Below are positions 30,597 to 41,598 of a stretch of DNA of 64,000 nt, in pieces. How positions within the stretch are numbered: the first letter of the stretch is position 1; each line of letters begins with the position of its first letter. The notes beneath the pieces were generated by a model. That model searched no databases, was not told where the DNA came from, and saw only the letters and a list, made by a program, of their open reading frames with translations. The stretch is from Alkalispirochaeta sp. Its GTDB lineage: Bacteria > Spirochaetota > Spirochaetia > DSM-27196 > Alkalispirochaetaceae. The position numbers and the translations under genes were made by a program. The stretch covers positions 288,001-352,000 of the forward strand of contig CBDESZ010000004.1 in NCBI GenBank assembly GCA_965242725.1, given 5' to 3'.

Positions 30597-31621
30597 GTGT
30601 GGGGATAACGGTGCGGGGGGTGATTCCGGCACTGCTTGCACTGTGCGTCGTGACGGCGACGGACGCGCAGGAACACGCCGCACCCCCCGGTCCGTCACCT
30701 CAGGCTCAGTGGTTTATCACTGACAGCGATCTCATTGCCCGGGAGCCCCTTGAAGGAGTGCCTGACGGGTTCCCGGAAGGAAATGAGGAAGCCCCACCGG
30801 GGGCGGCAGAGTGGGTTGCAGCAGTCGATACCGTCCGGCGTCCCGGTGGGCGCCGGGACGAGCGGATGCACCTCTACCGCGACGGCGTACTTGTGGCGGT
30901 GGAAGATGCACGTTTTTCCGCCGCCGGACTGCCTCTCTATCGGGGGCGCCGTGAACCGGACGGGACGACGGAATTTGAGGAACATTTTCGCTACCGAAGC
31001 GACGGGTCGCTCCGGGAGGTGCGGCGATGTGACGCACCGGGTCAGTGCATCACCATCCGGTACGGGCTGCCGTCGACGGCGTGGGACGAACGTCTCTGGC
31101 TGGCCGATGAAAACTGGGTGTACCGCTATGATGGTGCGGGGAGGCCGGAGTATATTCGTCGCGATAAAGACGGCGTCCCCCTCCGGGAGGAATGGTACGC
31201 CTATCCCGCCCCCGCCGTGGTGGAACGGAGGGTGCGCGAGGGAGATACCGTTACGGATCGCATCCTTCGAAACGGACGAGTCGTTGAGGAGACAGAGCGA
31301 CGGAGCGGAAGAGTTGTACGGACGGTGCAGCGGGAGTTCGATCAGAACGGAAGGGTGACGGTGGAACGGGTGGTTGAAAATGGACGGGTACAGATAAGTC
31401 GCTGGGAGTACGAGGATCCGTCGGAAGATCGGGGGTATCGCCTTTACCGTACGGTAGACGGAGTGCCCGTCCTGGAAGAGCTCCGGAACAACGAGGGGAC
31501 GGGTACGACCGTCAGGTACCGAAACGGAATCGTCGTGGTGAGGGAGATCTATCGGGACGATGAACTCGTCCAGCGGGAAACCTTCGCAGACGGTGAAGTG
31601 ATACGGACGGAAACGTGGTAG
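30593..31621 (+). CDS. Exported hypothetical protein with beta-hairpin (YD/MORN-like) repeats
   Basis: Signal-like N-terminus; repeated YRxG/DG..V..E units; overlaps ftsY and lolC. Confidence 0.6.
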   Translation: MSVGITVRGVIPALLALCVVTATDAQEHAAPPGPSPQAQWFITDSDLIAREPLEGVPDGFPEGNEEAPPGAAEWVAAVDTVRRPGGRRDERMHLYRDGVLVAVEDARFSAAGLPLYRGRREPDGTTEFEEHFRYRSDGSLREVRRCDAPGQCITIRYGLPSTAWDERLWLADENWVYRYDGAGRPEYIRRDKDGVPLREEWYAYPAPAVVERRVREGDTVTDRILRNGRVVEETERRSGRVVRTVQREFDQNGRVTVERVVENGRVQISRWEYEDPSEDRGYRLYRTVDGVPVLEELRNNEGTGTTVRYRNGIVVVREIYRDDELVQRETFADGEVIRTETW

Positions 31622-32907
31622 GAGACTGGGTCCTTTTTGTCGCGCGACGCATGCTCCGTTCGGGCCGAACCCGTAAAGGAGGCGCGGCCCTCCTTGCGAT
31701 TCTCGGCATTGCCGCCGGTACGGCTACACTCATCGTCGTGATATCGGTGATGAACGGGTTCCAGGCTACCACCATCAATAACATTCTTGAATTGAACTCC
31801 TTTCACATCAGAGTCGAGACCGCCCTTGAAGTGGAGGCCTACGTCTCGGACGGGGAGAAGTGGAACATCGACGATCGGATCGACGGCAGACGTTCGTCGG
31901 AGATACGCGCCGTCGTGCCCCATGTGGAAATCCAGACGATCGCCCGGGGATTCTGGCCGGAACCGCAGGGGATCATTCTGCGGGCCGTGCCGTCCGACTG
32001 GCTTCGTCGTGACGAGGGAGCAGCGGGGCAGCTGAAAATCACCGGCGGTACCTTTGATATTGACCGGCCGGATTCGGTCGTGCTGGGAGCGGAGCTTGCC
32101 AGGGCATTGGGCGTCCGGGTTGGAGATACCGTTTCCATTGCCCATATGTCCCAGGAAAGCATCCGCCCGTCCGAGGCGTATTTGACCGTCACCGGTCTTT
32201 TTCGCAGCGGCTATCTCGATATAGACCGGAACTGGGGCATTCTCTCTCTCGAGGGGGCCGCGAAGACGCTCCAGGCGACGGACCCCGTCGTTTTCGGCAT
32301 AAAAGTTGCCGATCGATACGCCGCGGAGCGCATCGTACGGGAGCTTGAGCATGAGATCGGTGATTCCTCCTTTGCCGCGCTTCCGGAAATGTCGATTCAG
32401 ACGTGGCGGGAGTACAACCGGGGAATATTCGGCGCCCTTCGTATGGAAAAAACGATGATGATATTCCTGGTGGGGCTCATCTTTGTCGTCGTTGCGGGAA
32501 ATATCTACCAGCTTCTGAGAAGGAGCATCCTGGAACGGAGCGACGAGATCGCGATTATTCGTGCATTGGGCGGGGGAGAACGGGACGTGAGGCGGGTGTT
32601 TGTCCTCGAGGGGTGGTTTATCGGGGTCATCGGCAGCGTCTCGGGACTCGCCGCGGGCCTCTTTATCGCGGGAAACGTGAACGAAATATTCGCCCTCCTT
32701 GAATTTTTCACGACAACCCTGGGGGGTGAGGGGGTGCGCGTCTTCTCCCCCTCGTACTTCTATCTTGAGGGAATTCCCCTCTCCCTGTCGGTATGGGAGG
32801 TAATCCTTGTTGCGTTCGGCGCGGTCGGAATTGCCGTGCTCGCGGCAAGGATTGCGGCGGGAGCGGTGGTTCGGATACGACCGATGGAGTTATTGCGGAA
32901 TGAGTGA
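31615..32907 (+). CDS. lolC: Lipoprotein-releasing ABC permease (LolC/E family)
   Basis: LIVVISVMNGF, LGAELARALG, EIAIIRALG, PMELLRNE. Confidence 0.85.
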   Translation: MVGDWVLFVARRMLRSGRTRKGGAALLAILGIAAGTATLIVVISVMNGFQATTINNILELNSFHIRVETALEVEAYVSDGEKWNIDDRIDGRRSSEIRAVVPHVEIQTIARGFWPEPQGIILRAVPSDWLRRDEGAAGQLKITGGTFDIDRPDSVVLGAELARALGVRVGDTVSIAHMSQESIRPSEAYLTVTGLFRSGYLDIDRNWGILSLEGAAKTLQATDPVVFGIKVADRYAAERIVRELEHEIGDSSFAALPEMSIQTWREYNRGIFGALRMEKTMMIFLVGLIFVVVAGNIYQLLRRSILERSDEIAIIRALGGGERDVRRVFVLEGWFIGVIGSVSGLAAGLFIAGNVNEIFALLEFFTTTLGGEGVRVFSPSYFYLEGIPLSLSVWEVILVAFGAVGIAVLAARIAAGAVVRIRPMELLRNE

Positions 32908-33598
32908 TCACACAGAGAATGCAGGTGTCGCCGTCGTCGTCCGGGGCGTTCAAAAAGGGTTCCCCAGCGGGGAGGAGTTTCTCCACATCCTGAAGGACGT
33001 ATCATTTGTGGTTGAACCGAACGAACGGGTCGCCATCGTCGGCGAAAGCGGAAGCGGAAAAAGCACAATTTTGAGCCTGATAGCCGGTTTGGATCTTCCC
33101 GACGCGGGGTCGATCGCCGTGGGTGAACGGGAGGTGACCGGGCTTACCGGTGCGGGACTGGACGGATATCGCTCCCGGACGGTGGGGCTGGTCTTTCAAT
33201 TTCACCATTTGCTCCGGGACTTCACGGCGATCGAGAATGTCATGCTCCCGGCAATGGTAAAGGGGAGCAGTCGCAGCGACGTCCGTGAGATGGCGGCGGA
33301 GCTCCTCGCGGAGGTGGGGCTTCAACGCCGCATGGACCATCTCCCCGCCCAGCTGTCGGGCGGCGAACGGCAGCGGGTTGCCCTCGCCCGGGCGCTGATT
33401 AACGACCCGCCCCTGCTCCTCGCCGACGAACCGACGGGAAACCTTGACGATGAAACATCCCGGACGGTGGAAGATATCCTCTTTGACGTCGTATCCCGGC
33501 GGAGACGGACGCTTATTCTCGTTACCCATAATACCGACCTGGCCCGTCGGGCGGGAACCGTACTGGCCCTGGAGGGTGGATGTCTCTCTCCGCGCTGA
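32900..33598 (+). CDS. lolD: Lipoprotein-releasing ABC ATPase
   Basis: GESGSGKST, VFQFHHLL, LSGGERQR, ADEPTGNLD. Confidence 0.9.
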   Translation: MSDHTENAGVAVVVRGVQKGFPSGEEFLHILKDVSFVVEPNERVAIVGESGSGKSTILSLIAGLDLPDAGSIAVGEREVTGLTGAGLDGYRSRTVGLVFQFHHLLRDFTAIENVMLPAMVKGSSRSDVREMAAELLAEVGLQRRMDHLPAQLSGGERQRVALARALINDPPLLLADEPTGNLDDETSRTVEDILFDVVSRRRRTLILVTHNTDLARRAGTVLALEGGCLSPR

Positions 33599-34899
33599 TC
33601 ATGCTCGCCTTCCGCTTTCTCGGTGGCGGAATGCGTCGGGCGGGCAGGGGCCGGAGCAGATTTGTCACGGCGATCATCGCCATCGCGCTGAGTGTCGTTC
33701 CCCTCGTTCTCGTTCAGCACGTCGCCGACGGAATGATCGCGGGTATCGTAGGGCGATTCATGGAGACGGGAAGCTATCACATTCAGGCAATCGCCCGGCA
33801 GGCGCCGGAGGAGACACCTCTGTCCGCCATCTCCTCCATTCCAGGCGTCGTCTCGGCCGGGAGGGAGCGGCAGGGATTTGGCCTGCTCTATTCCGATTCG
33901 GGTCGGAGCGGTGTGACGATCCGTGCGGTATCCAACGCCTACTGGGCCCGGGACACCCGTGTACAGGACTATCTGGAAGTCGCCGCCGGCTCTTTTGACC
34001 TGACCGACGAGAACTCAATCGTGGTGGGTACGCATATCGCCGATCGACTCGATATCGCGCCGGGGGACGAAATACGCCTCCTCACCGTCCGTCCCCTGGG
34101 AGAGGGGAGGATGCTGCCGCGGGTGAGTCGATTCACCGTCTCCGGCGTCGTCACATCGGGCTATCGTGATCTTGACCGATTGTGGGTATTTATCCCCCTC
34201 GAACGGGGACTCAGGGTTATTCCCGATGAGGGCGCCCGGGATATTATCGGTATCAAAGTGGAGAATCCCCGGTCCCTTCCCAACCCCCTCTTTGGACGCG
34301 GCGTTGCCGGTGTTTTTGACCGGTCGGAGCGCGAGGGCGGAGCGCGTATGCTCCGTCAGATTGCCGGCGCCGCAGGGGAGGGGTGGTTTGTTCTCGACTG
34401 GTACACCCTCGAGGAGGGCCGGTACATTTCATTTCTTACCAGCCGCAACCTCCTGAGTCTCGTCATGGCGATGATCGTCGTAGTGGCGGCGGTGAATGTC
34501 TCGTCGGCCCTCGTGCTGCTGGTCATCGAGAAGGAGCAGGAAATCGCCATACTTCGCGCGACGGGAGTCCCCGCGCAGGGAGTTCGCAACGCCTTCGTCC
34601 TGGCCGGTCTGATCGTCGGTATCGTCGGCGCCGCGGCGGGAACGGCGGTGGGACTGCTCATGGCTCGATACATTAATGAAATCCTCCGTTTTCTGGAGAT
34701 CGTTGTGTCGGTCCTTGCCGGCCGGACGGTCGATCTCTTCAACGGTGATTTCTACCTGGAACAGATTCCCGTGACCATTTCCTACCTCCCCGTATTGGGG
34801 GCGGTGCTGTTTACCCTGATTGTCTCCCTGATCGCGGGGCTCCTGCCCGCCCGAAAAGCGAGCGACGTCCGGCCGGATCAGATTCTTCGGCATCAATAG
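33580..34899 (+). CDS. lolE: Lipoprotein-releasing ABC permease (LolC/E family)
   Basis: VAAVNVSSALVLLVIEKEQEIAILRATG, PARKAS..P..ILR. Confidence 0.8.
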   Translation: MSLSALIMLAFRFLGGGMRRAGRGRSRFVTAIIAIALSVVPLVLVQHVADGMIAGIVGRFMETGSYHIQAIARQAPEETPLSAISSIPGVVSAGRERQGFGLLYSDSGRSGVTIRAVSNAYWARDTRVQDYLEVAAGSFDLTDENSIVVGTHIADRLDIAPGDEIRLLTVRPLGEGRMLPRVSRFTVSGVVTSGYRDLDRLWVFIPLERGLRVIPDEGARDIIGIKVENPRSLPNPLFGRGVAGVFDRSEREGGARMLRQIAGAAGEGWFVLDWYTLEEGRYISFLTSRNLLSLVMAMIVVVAAVNVSSALVLLVIEKEQEIAILRATGVPAQGVRNAFVLAGLIVGIVGAAAGTAVGLLMARYINEILRFLEIVVSVLAGRTVDLFNGDFYLEQIPVTISYLPVLGAVLFTLIVSLIAGLLPARKASDVRPDQILRHQ

Positions 34900-34999
34900 G
34901 CATCCCGCGGCGATGGAACGACGAATTCCCGTCGATTCGATTACTGTAGTTGTGGATTCTCTTTTCGTGTTGCAGTACCATTCCCCTATAGGAGCGGTG

Positions 35000-35476
35000 G
35001 TGAAGACAATTAAGGTGGTTCGAGTAATCGGCGGAAAGCGCAACGAGATTGAGATATCCGCGGGACGGGCGCGGGAGCTGGGCATTTCCGACATGCCGTC
35101 GCCCCCCGTCAGTGTTGCATACCTGATGGATGGTCTCTTTGTCGGCGTCGGTTCTTCCGGCAGTGATCAGATGTGCAACGAATGCGGCACGACGCTGCGG
35201 GACGTCCTCCTTCGACACCGCGTCGGCTGTGCCCACTGCTATGACGCCTTTGCCCCGTCTATCGGTCGTCTTCTGAAATTTCATTATCGGACGGATCGTC
35301 ATCAGCACCGCCTTCCCGTCCGGCTGCAACGGTACCGCAATATGTTGCTTGAACGGGAGTCGTTGCAGCACCGTCTCACTCTGGCCGTCGAGTCTGAAGA
35401 CTTTGAGTCGGCGGCGGAAATACGGGACAGGATCGGTCAAATAGGAATTGCCGACGGCGAGTCCCATACGGAATAG
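35000..35476 (+). CDS. mcsA: McsA-like protein with UvrB/UvrC motif
   Basis: CNECG..VGCAHCY, AVESEDFESAAEIRDRI; upstream of mcsB-clpC; start uncertain. Confidence 0.75.
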   Translation: MKTIKVVRVIGGKRNEIEISAGRARELGISDMPSPPVSVAYLMDGLFVGVGSSGSDQMCNECGTTLRDVLLRHRVGCAHCYDAFAPSIGRLLKFHYRTDRHQHRLPVRLQRYRNMLLERESLQHRLTLAVESEDFESAAEIRDRIGQIGIADGESHTE

Positions 35477-35484
35477 GAGACTCC

Positions 35485-36522
35485 ATGGTCAACCACGCCG
35501 TAGAACCTCGCCGGTCATCCTGGTACTCCCTCGACGGAGCCGACCGGGATGTCGTAATCGTATCTCAAATCGAGTTGCACCGAAATCTGCAGAACATTCC
35601 CTTTCCCCACCGAATGACCGGGGAACAGCGCCTGCACCTGCGTCGTATCTGTGAACGGGCGCTTCACGCGCTCACCGGTGATTTCACCCTCCTGGACGGT
35701 GAGGCCCTTCCGGCGCCCCTGTTACGGTTCTACGAGGAGGGGGGAGTCATCCGCCACGGAGAGGAGCCCGGGCTTGCGGCCATTTCCGCCGATCATGGTG
35801 AGGTCGTCTCCCTGGGAGCCGCCGACCATATCGTTCTCTCGGTGAATGCGGGGGGGCTGGATCTTGCCGGCGCCCACGCGCGGGCGATCGGTCTGGATCA
35901 GCAGCTGGAGGACCACCTTGAATACGCAGTCTCCCTTGCGCTGGGATACCTTTCGCCCGATTTGAACCGGCTCGGTTCGGCGATGACGGGACGACTCTAT
36001 TTTCACCTCCCTGCGATTGAGCACAGTGAGGGTATGAGCCTGCCGGCGGGTGAGAAGGGTGATGAGTCGATCGTTCTTTCCCGTTATGGAACCGCCGGTG
36101 AGGAGCATGGCTCGCTGTATACGGCAGAGCTGGCGGGCAGTTTCGGGCAGAGCGAGGAAGAAATAATAACTGAACTTGAAGGTTTTGCCGCCCGATTAGT
36201 ACATTATGAGCGTGAAGCGCGGCTGGAGTTGAAGAAACGACGCGGTGACGAGCTTGTCGACGCGGTGCAGCGGGCGCTGGGGACATTGCGATATGCCCGC
36301 AAATTGTCCCGAAAAGAGACGATGGACCTGTTGTCGATCGTTCGTCTCGGCGTTAGTTTGAATCTCCTGGATGACGTGGAGCTGAACACCGTGACGGACG
36401 CGCTCTTTGTGAGCGGCGACGAACAGGTACGGATACTAACAAAACAGGAAGAATCGACATCACCGGAAGCCGCTCGGGCTACGCTGATGCGCACGATACT
36501 TGGGAGACTGGAGAATGTTTAA
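35485..36522 (+). CDS. mcsB: McsB-like ATP:guanido phosphotransferase (degenerate active site)
   Basis: DVVI.S...RNL..PFP, HLPA, ALGTL.YAR, LLSIVRLGV; located between mcsA and clpC. Confidence 0.7.
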   Translation: MVNHAVEPRRSSWYSLDGADRDVVIVSQIELHRNLQNIPFPHRMTGEQRLHLRRICERALHALTGDFTLLDGEALPAPLLRFYEEGGVIRHGEEPGLAAISADHGEVVSLGAADHIVLSVNAGGLDLAGAHARAIGLDQQLEDHLEYAVSLALGYLSPDLNRLGSAMTGRLYFHLPAIEHSEGMSLPAGEKGDESIVLSRYGTAGEEHGSLYTAELAGSFGQSEEEIITELEGFAARLVHYEREARLELKKRRGDELVDAVQRALGTLRYARKLSRKETMDLLSIVRLGVSLNLLDDVELNTVTDALFVSGDEQVRILTKQEESTSPEAARATLMRTILGRLENV

Positions 36523-39142
36523 AGGACTGACACAGCGGGCGCAACGGGTGTTGCAGATACTCGCTCAGGATGAGGCGAAGCGATTTCACTCGGATCAGCT
36601 TCTGCCGGAACATATTATGCTCGCCCTGCTTAAAGAGGGCGGGGGTCTGGGGTACAAGGCGCTTGAAAAGCTCATGATCGACCCCGCCCGGATGCAGATC
36701 GATCTGGAAAACGTCATACCGAAAAAGCGTGGCGGTTTTACCCTCGGCGACGTTCCCCCGTCTCCACGGGGCAGAAAGGTGCTGGAGGACTCCGCGGAAG
36801 AGGCACGCAATCTGGGACACGAGTATATCGGCACTGAGCACCTCCTGCTGGCGTGCAGCCGGGAAGCCGACAGCGAGACCGCCAAGTTTCTCGACCAGCA
36901 CAACGTTACCGTCGAGATGCTGCGCGACGTGATTTCCGAGCTCAGCGGCGGAGAACGGGGCGGCCAGGCGGCGGCCGGAGCCGCCTCATCGGGCGGCGGC
37001 AGCGCGCAGGCGGGCTCTTCCCGGCGGCGAGTATCCACCGCATCGTCGGGTAAAAAGACGACACCAACCCTGGATGAGTTTTCCCGGGATCTCACACAAC
37101 TTGCCAGGGAGGATAAGCTCGATCCGGTGATCGGGCGGGCAAAGGAAATCCAGCGGGTGATTCAGATACTCGCGCGGAGGACCAAGAACAATCCCGTTCT
37201 GATCGGTGAACCCGGTGTGGGAAAAACGGCGATCGTTGAAGGGCTTGCGCAGAAAATCGTTGACGGCAGCGCACCTGAAGTGCTCGTGGGAAAACGTGTG
37301 CTCACCCTTGACCTGGCCGGCCTCATCGCCGGAACCAAATACCGCGGGGAGTTTGAAGAGCGGTTGAAACGGGTGATGAAGGAAATCACCGCCAACGGAA
37401 ATATTATTCTCTTTATAGATGAGCTTCACACAATTATCGGCGCCGGCGGCGCAGAGGGCGCAATCGATGCGAGCAACATGCTCAAACCGGCGCTCTCCCG
37501 GGGTGAAATTCAATGTATCGGTGCGACGACTCTGAACGAGTACAAGAAGTACATTGAAAAAGACGCCGCCCTGGAACGACGATTTCAGAGCATTATCGTG
37601 GAAGAGCCGACTGTTGAAGATACGATCGAGATTCTCAAGGGAATAAAGGGTCACTACGAGAAGCACCATAACGTCTCATACACCCCGGGCGCGGTGGAGG
37701 TGGCTGCTACGCTCTCCCGAAGGTACATGTCCGACCGTTTTCTTCCGGACAAGGCGATCGACCTTATAGATGAAGCCGGCAGTCGGAAGCGTATCGACAA
37801 CAGCGTGCGGCCGACGGAGATTGCAGAACTGGAAAGTGAGATTGAGCGGCTCAACTCCGACAAGCTTGCCCTTGTAAACAGCCAGAACTACGAACGGGCT
37901 GCAGCCGTGCGCGATGAAGTGCGGCAGCTGAAGCAGCGTGTAGAAGAGCTGCGTACGCAGTGGAAGGTGTCGTTGAAGAGCGAGCAGAGTATCGTCGATT
38001 CCGACGACATCAACTACATCCTCAGCGAAATGACCGGCATTCCCCTCGTACGGCTTGCACAAAGCGAGAGCGAGCGATTGCTGGATATTGAGAAAGAGCT
38101 TCACCGTCGAGTGGTAGGCCAGGACGACGCAATCAAGGCGATAGCCGGCTCTATTCGTCGAAGCAGAACGGGGCTCAGCTCGCCGGAACGGCCGATGGGT
38201 TCATTCATCTTCCTCGGACCGACGGGTGTGGGGAAGAGCCTTCTGGCAAAGTCTCTTGCGGAATACCTCTTCGGAAGCGACGAAGCACTTATTCGCATCG
38301 ACATGTCGGACTACATGGAAAAACACAACGTTTCCAGGCTTGTGGGAGCGCCTCCGGGCTACATAGGCTACGATGAAGGCGGCGTCCTGACCGAGAAGAT
38401 CCGGCGTAAGCCCTACGCGGTCGTTCTTCTCGACGAGATTGAGAAAGCTCATCCCGACGTCTTTAACATTCTCCTGCAAATCCTTGAAGAGGGTGAACTC
38501 CACGATAATCTCGGTCACAAGGTCAACTTCCGCAATGTTGTCCTTATCATGACCTCCAACGCCGGAGCACGGGAGATCACCAGGGAGTCCTCCGTTGGAT
38601 TCCGCAAGGAAGAAGGTGTCATGGATTACCGGGAGATCAGATCGTCGGCGATGAATGAACTCCGCCGCCTCTTTCGTCCGGAGTTCATAAACCGGGTGGA
38701 TGAGATCGTCGTATTCCACAGCCTCCAGGACAAGCAGGTGCGGGATATTCTGGATATTCTGCTTGGAGAGGTTCAGACACGTCTTGCCGAGCGGGATATC
38801 ACCCTGGAAGTGAATCGTTCCGCCCGGGACCTTCTCATAAAGGAGGGGTACGACGTGAAATACGGCGCGCGTCCCCTGCGCCGGACGATACAGCGGGATA
38901 TTGAAGATCCCCTTTCCATGGATCTCCTGCGGGGTCGATTTGACGAGGGTTCCCACATCGTCGTCGGCGTCAAGAAGGGCAAGATCACCTTCCGCACCAA
39001 ACGTCGCAAGGCGAAAGAGGCGGAGGCAAAGGACTCCGGGTCTGAACAGTCATCTTCCGGAGACCACGACTTCAACGGCGGAGATGCGTCCGGCGGAGAT
39101 GCGTCCGGCGGGGATAAATCGTTTCGCCTCGGAGACGGGTAG
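36515..39142 (+). CDS. clpC: ATP-dependent Clp protease ATP-binding subunit ClpC
   Basis: Two Clp-N repeats, [11 protein letters not shown] middle domain, [16 protein letters not shown]. Confidence 0.95.
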   Translation: MFKGLTQRAQRVLQILAQDEAKRFHSDQLLPEHIMLALLKEGGGLGYKALEKLMIDPARMQIDLENVIPKKRGGFTLGDVPPSPRGRKVLEDSAEEARNLGHEYIGTEHLLLACSREADSETAKFLDQHNVTVEMLRDVISELSGGERGGQAAAGAASSGGGSAQAGSSRRRVSTASSGKKTTPTLDEFSRDLTQLAREDKLDPVIGRAKEIQRVIQILARRTKNNPVLIGEPGVGKTAIVEGLAQKIVDGSAPEVLVGKRVLTLDLAGLIAGTKYRGEFEERLKRVMKEITANGNIILFIDELHTIIGAGGAEGAIDASNMLKPALSRGEIQCIGATTLNEYKKYIEKDAALERRFQSIIVEEPTVEDTIEILKGIKGHYEKHHNVSYTPGAVEVAATLSRRYMSDRFLPDKAIDLIDEAGSRKRIDNSVRPTEIAELESEIERLNSDKLALVNSQNYERAAAVRDEVRQLKQRVEELRTQWKVSLKSEQSIVDSDDINYILSEMTGIPLVRLAQSESERLLDIEKELHRRVVGQDDAIKAIAGSIRRSRTGLSSPERPMGSFIFLGPTGVGKSLLAKSLAEYLFGSDEALIRIDMSDYMEKHNVSRLVGAPPGYIGYDEGGVLTEKIRRKPYAVVLLDEIEKAHPDVFNILLQILEEGELHDNLGHKVNFRNVVLIMTSNAGAREITRESSVGFRKEEGVMDYREIRSSAMNELRRLFRPEFINRVDEIVVFHSLQDKQVRDILDILLGEVQTRLAERDITLEVNRSARDLLIKEGYDVKYGARPLRRTIQRDIEDPLSMDLLRGRFDEGSHIVVGVKKGKITFRTKRRKAKEAEAKDSGSEQSSSGDHDFNGGDASGGDASGGDKSFRLGDG
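39077..39115 (+). repeat. 15-bp in-frame tandem repeat (GGDAS x2.6) in the ClpC tail
   Basis: GGCGGAGATGCGTCC twice, then GGCGGGGAT. Confidence 0.85.
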
Positions 39143-39832
39143 TCAGAGTTTTCCCGCCTCCAGAAAGCTGTAGTGGCCGTCCCGGGCAAAGACTATGTGA
39201 TCCAGGAGCTTAATACCCAGAATGTCACCCGCCTCCCTGAGGGAACGGGTGACCATGTAGTCCTCCTCGCTTGGATCCACCCGTCCGCTCGGGTGATTGT
39301 GGGCACAGACTATTCCGACCGCGCGGTCACTGATGGCGTCGGAAAACACCTCCCTCGGGTGGACCAGCGTCCTGTTCACCAACCCGACAGATACGACGTG
39401 AACGGCGATTACCTCATGGGCGCCGTTGAGGGAAATTACAAGAAAGTGCTCCTGTGGCCGGTCCGCGTAGTGCTGAATCAGGGGTAGCACATCCCCCGGC
39501 TGGCGTATGCGGTAGTTTCTGGGTGCAAGGACACGACGGGCGAGTTCAAAAGCCGCCGCCAGTTGTCCGACCTTGGCCGGCCCCATTCCCGGTATCAGCA
39601 GTAATTGACGGGGATCGTAGCGAAATCTGCTCTCTTCCAGGACGGTAAGGACCGTCTCGGCGAGGCGGTAGACATTACACCCCCGCATGCCGCGACCAAT
39701 GACCGCGGCGACGAGGTCCCGATCACTCAGACTGTCCGTGCCGGAGAGGAGAATTCGCTCCCGCGGTCCCCCTTCACGAGTTGATTGCGTTCCATTACGA
39801 CTTTTTTTTATTCGTTCTTCCCGTACTTCCAT
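39143..39832 (-). CDS. radC: RadC/JAB domain protein
   Basis: PRERI..LSD.DL, GMGPAK, VHPREVF, AHNHPSG..PSEED, LLDHIV. Confidence 0.93.
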   Translation of the reverse strand: MEVREERIKKSRNGTQSTREGGPRERILLSGTDSLSDRDLVAAVIGRGMRGCNVYRLAETVLTVLEESRFRYDPRQLLLIPGMGPAKVGQLAAAFELARRVLAPRNYRIRQPGDVLPLIQHYADRPQEHFLVISLNGAHEVIAVHVVSVGLVNRTLVHPREVFSDAISDRAVGIVCAHNHPSGRVDPSEEDYMVTRSLREAGDILGIKLLDHIVFARDGHYSFLEAGKL

Positions 39833-39900
39833 ATACCGACCCACGAAACGGATGGGCCTACCGCTTTGTAAGGACGGAGAATTTCGGTATATTTTGAACC

Positions 39901-40488
39901 ATGGCAGAAATAAAATCGGCTCTCGAGCTCGCCCTGGAGCGGACCAAAGACATCAAGAGTGATCCTGAAGGCCTGCGACGACATGAGGCGCAGGAGACGG
40001 GAAAGCGACTGTATGCGAAGTTTCAGGAAGACCCCGAATTTGATTTGAAGAAGGCGTTGAAGGAGATACCCAAAGACAAACAGCAGTGGGTCCGGGAAGG
40101 TCTGTTCTCGGTCATACAGCACAACCTCACCCTCCCCAAATCTGAAGCGGATATGGACCGTCTCACCTCGGTGGAGAACGCACTTGCAGCGCTCCTTCGT
40201 GACAGGTCCGTTCTCTCGGAGCTCATGGGACAGGTGCGGCAGTTTTTCAAGCGCTACCTGGAAGACAGGAACCAGCTTACCGAAAACCTCCGCCGCCAGT
40301 ATGAGCCGCGGATAAAGCAAAAGGAACAGCAGCTGTCGCAGCAATACGGGCGCAAAGTGAAGCTCGATCCCGCGTCGGATCCGGAGTACAACCGGGTGCT
40401 TCAGGATCATATCGGGCAACTTGATGACCGGTATCGCAACGCGTTGCAGCAGGTTCATCAGCACCTCACCACAATGTTTCGATCATAA
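39901..40488 (+). CDS. Conserved helical hypothetical protein
   Basis: MAEIKSALELALERT N-terminus; 195-aa coiled-coil-like ORF. Confidence 0.7.
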   Translation: MAEIKSALELALERTKDIKSDPEGLRRHEAQETGKRLYAKFQEDPEFDLKKALKEIPKDKQQWVREGLFSVIQHNLTLPKSEADMDRLTSVENALAALLRDRSVLSELMGQVRQFFKRYLEDRNQLTENLRRQYEPRIKQKEQQLSQQYGRKVKLDPASDPEYNRVLQDHIGQLDDRYRNALQQVHQHLTTMFRS

Positions 40489-41579
40489 TGAAACGGGGAG
40501 TCTTTACCGTCCTGTCCATAGACGGTGGAGGCGTGCGGGGCCTCATTCCGGCGCTCATCATCCGGGATCTCATGAAGCGCGTCCGTTTTATCGCGGAATA
40601 TGCACGGCAGAACCGCAGGATGGTGGCCGGGACGTTCATCACGCGGAAAGTGGTACGGGATATCACCGTCGACTCTCTCTTTGATCTCTTTGCCGGAACG
40701 TCCACGGGTGCCCTGCTGGCCATCGGGTTTTCGGCAATGCGGAAATATACGGCCGACGAGATGGTGGAGATATACCGGAAGCATGGATCGACGATATTTC
40801 CGCTGAAACAGTTCAAGTCGTTGCGGTCGGGAGTGCGTCAGGCCTTTGCGGAAAAATATGACGCCGAACCGCTGGAAAAGCTCTTCTTTGCCATCTTTGG
40901 CGATCAGAAGCTGAGTGACTGTACCACCAACCTTCTGGTCAGCTCCTACGATACCGATCAGCGGGGGCCGTTCTTTTTTAAACACTATGACCGGCCGATC
41001 AAGGGGAAAAGCGGGGATCCCCCGGAAGACTACTTTCTCCGTGACGTCGCCAGGGCGACAACGGCGGCACCCACCTATTTCCTGCCCGCCCGTGTCCGCT
41101 CCGCCTCAGGTACGGAACGCACGCTTCTTGACGGAGGCATGGTGGCAAACAACCCCGCCTTGAGTGCCTATACGGAGGCGCGGAAAATAAAACGCAACGC
41201 CCGACGGTTCGTTATCGTTTCCATCGGTACGGGCCGGAACGGGCGGCGATTCCATTACGATAAGATCAGCAAATGGGGATATCTGGATTGGGTCTCTCCC
41301 GCAAACGGCGTACCGATGCTCGCTTTCATGATGGACGGTCAGAGTGAAGCGGCGGCGCACTCCCTGAAAAATCTGCCGCGCATCGACTATTACCGCTTCA
41401 ATGCCGACCTTACCGACGTCGCGGAAGAGATGGACGATGCGAGTACGAAAAATATGGCGGAAATCGAGGAGATGGCCCGTCGCGTGATAAGGGAAAACTC
41501 GGCGGAGCTCCATCGCCTCGCCAGAACGCTCTTCTTTCACGCCGTGCGCCGACGCCCCCCACGGCATCGACGGGGCTGA
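40488..41579 (+). CDS. Patatin-like phospholipase
   Basis: LSIDGGGVRG, AGTSTG, AAPTYF, DGGMVANNP, VSIGTG. Confidence 0.9.
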   Translation: MKRGVFTVLSIDGGGVRGLIPALIIRDLMKRVRFIAEYARQNRRMVAGTFITRKVVRDITVDSLFDLFAGTSTGALLAIGFSAMRKYTADEMVEIYRKHGSTIFPLKQFKSLRSGVRQAFAEKYDAEPLEKLFFAIFGDQKLSDCTTNLLVSSYDTDQRGPFFFKHYDRPIKGKSGDPPEDYFLRDVARATTAAPTYFLPARVRSASGTERTLLDGGMVANNPALSAYTEARKIKRNARRFVIVSIGTGRNGRRFHYDKISKWGYLDWVSPANGVPMLAFMMDGQSEAAAHSLKNLPRIDYYRFNADLTDVAEEMDDASTKNMAEIEEMARRVIRENSAELHRLARTLFFHAVRRRPPRHRRG

Positions 41580-41598
41580 CGCGTCTGCCGCGGTGGAC

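Noticed and set aside
39143..41579. JAB protein plus patatin as a CBASS system
   Set aside because: No CD-NTase or E1/E2 gene. The JAB protein is a full-length RadC on the opposite strand.
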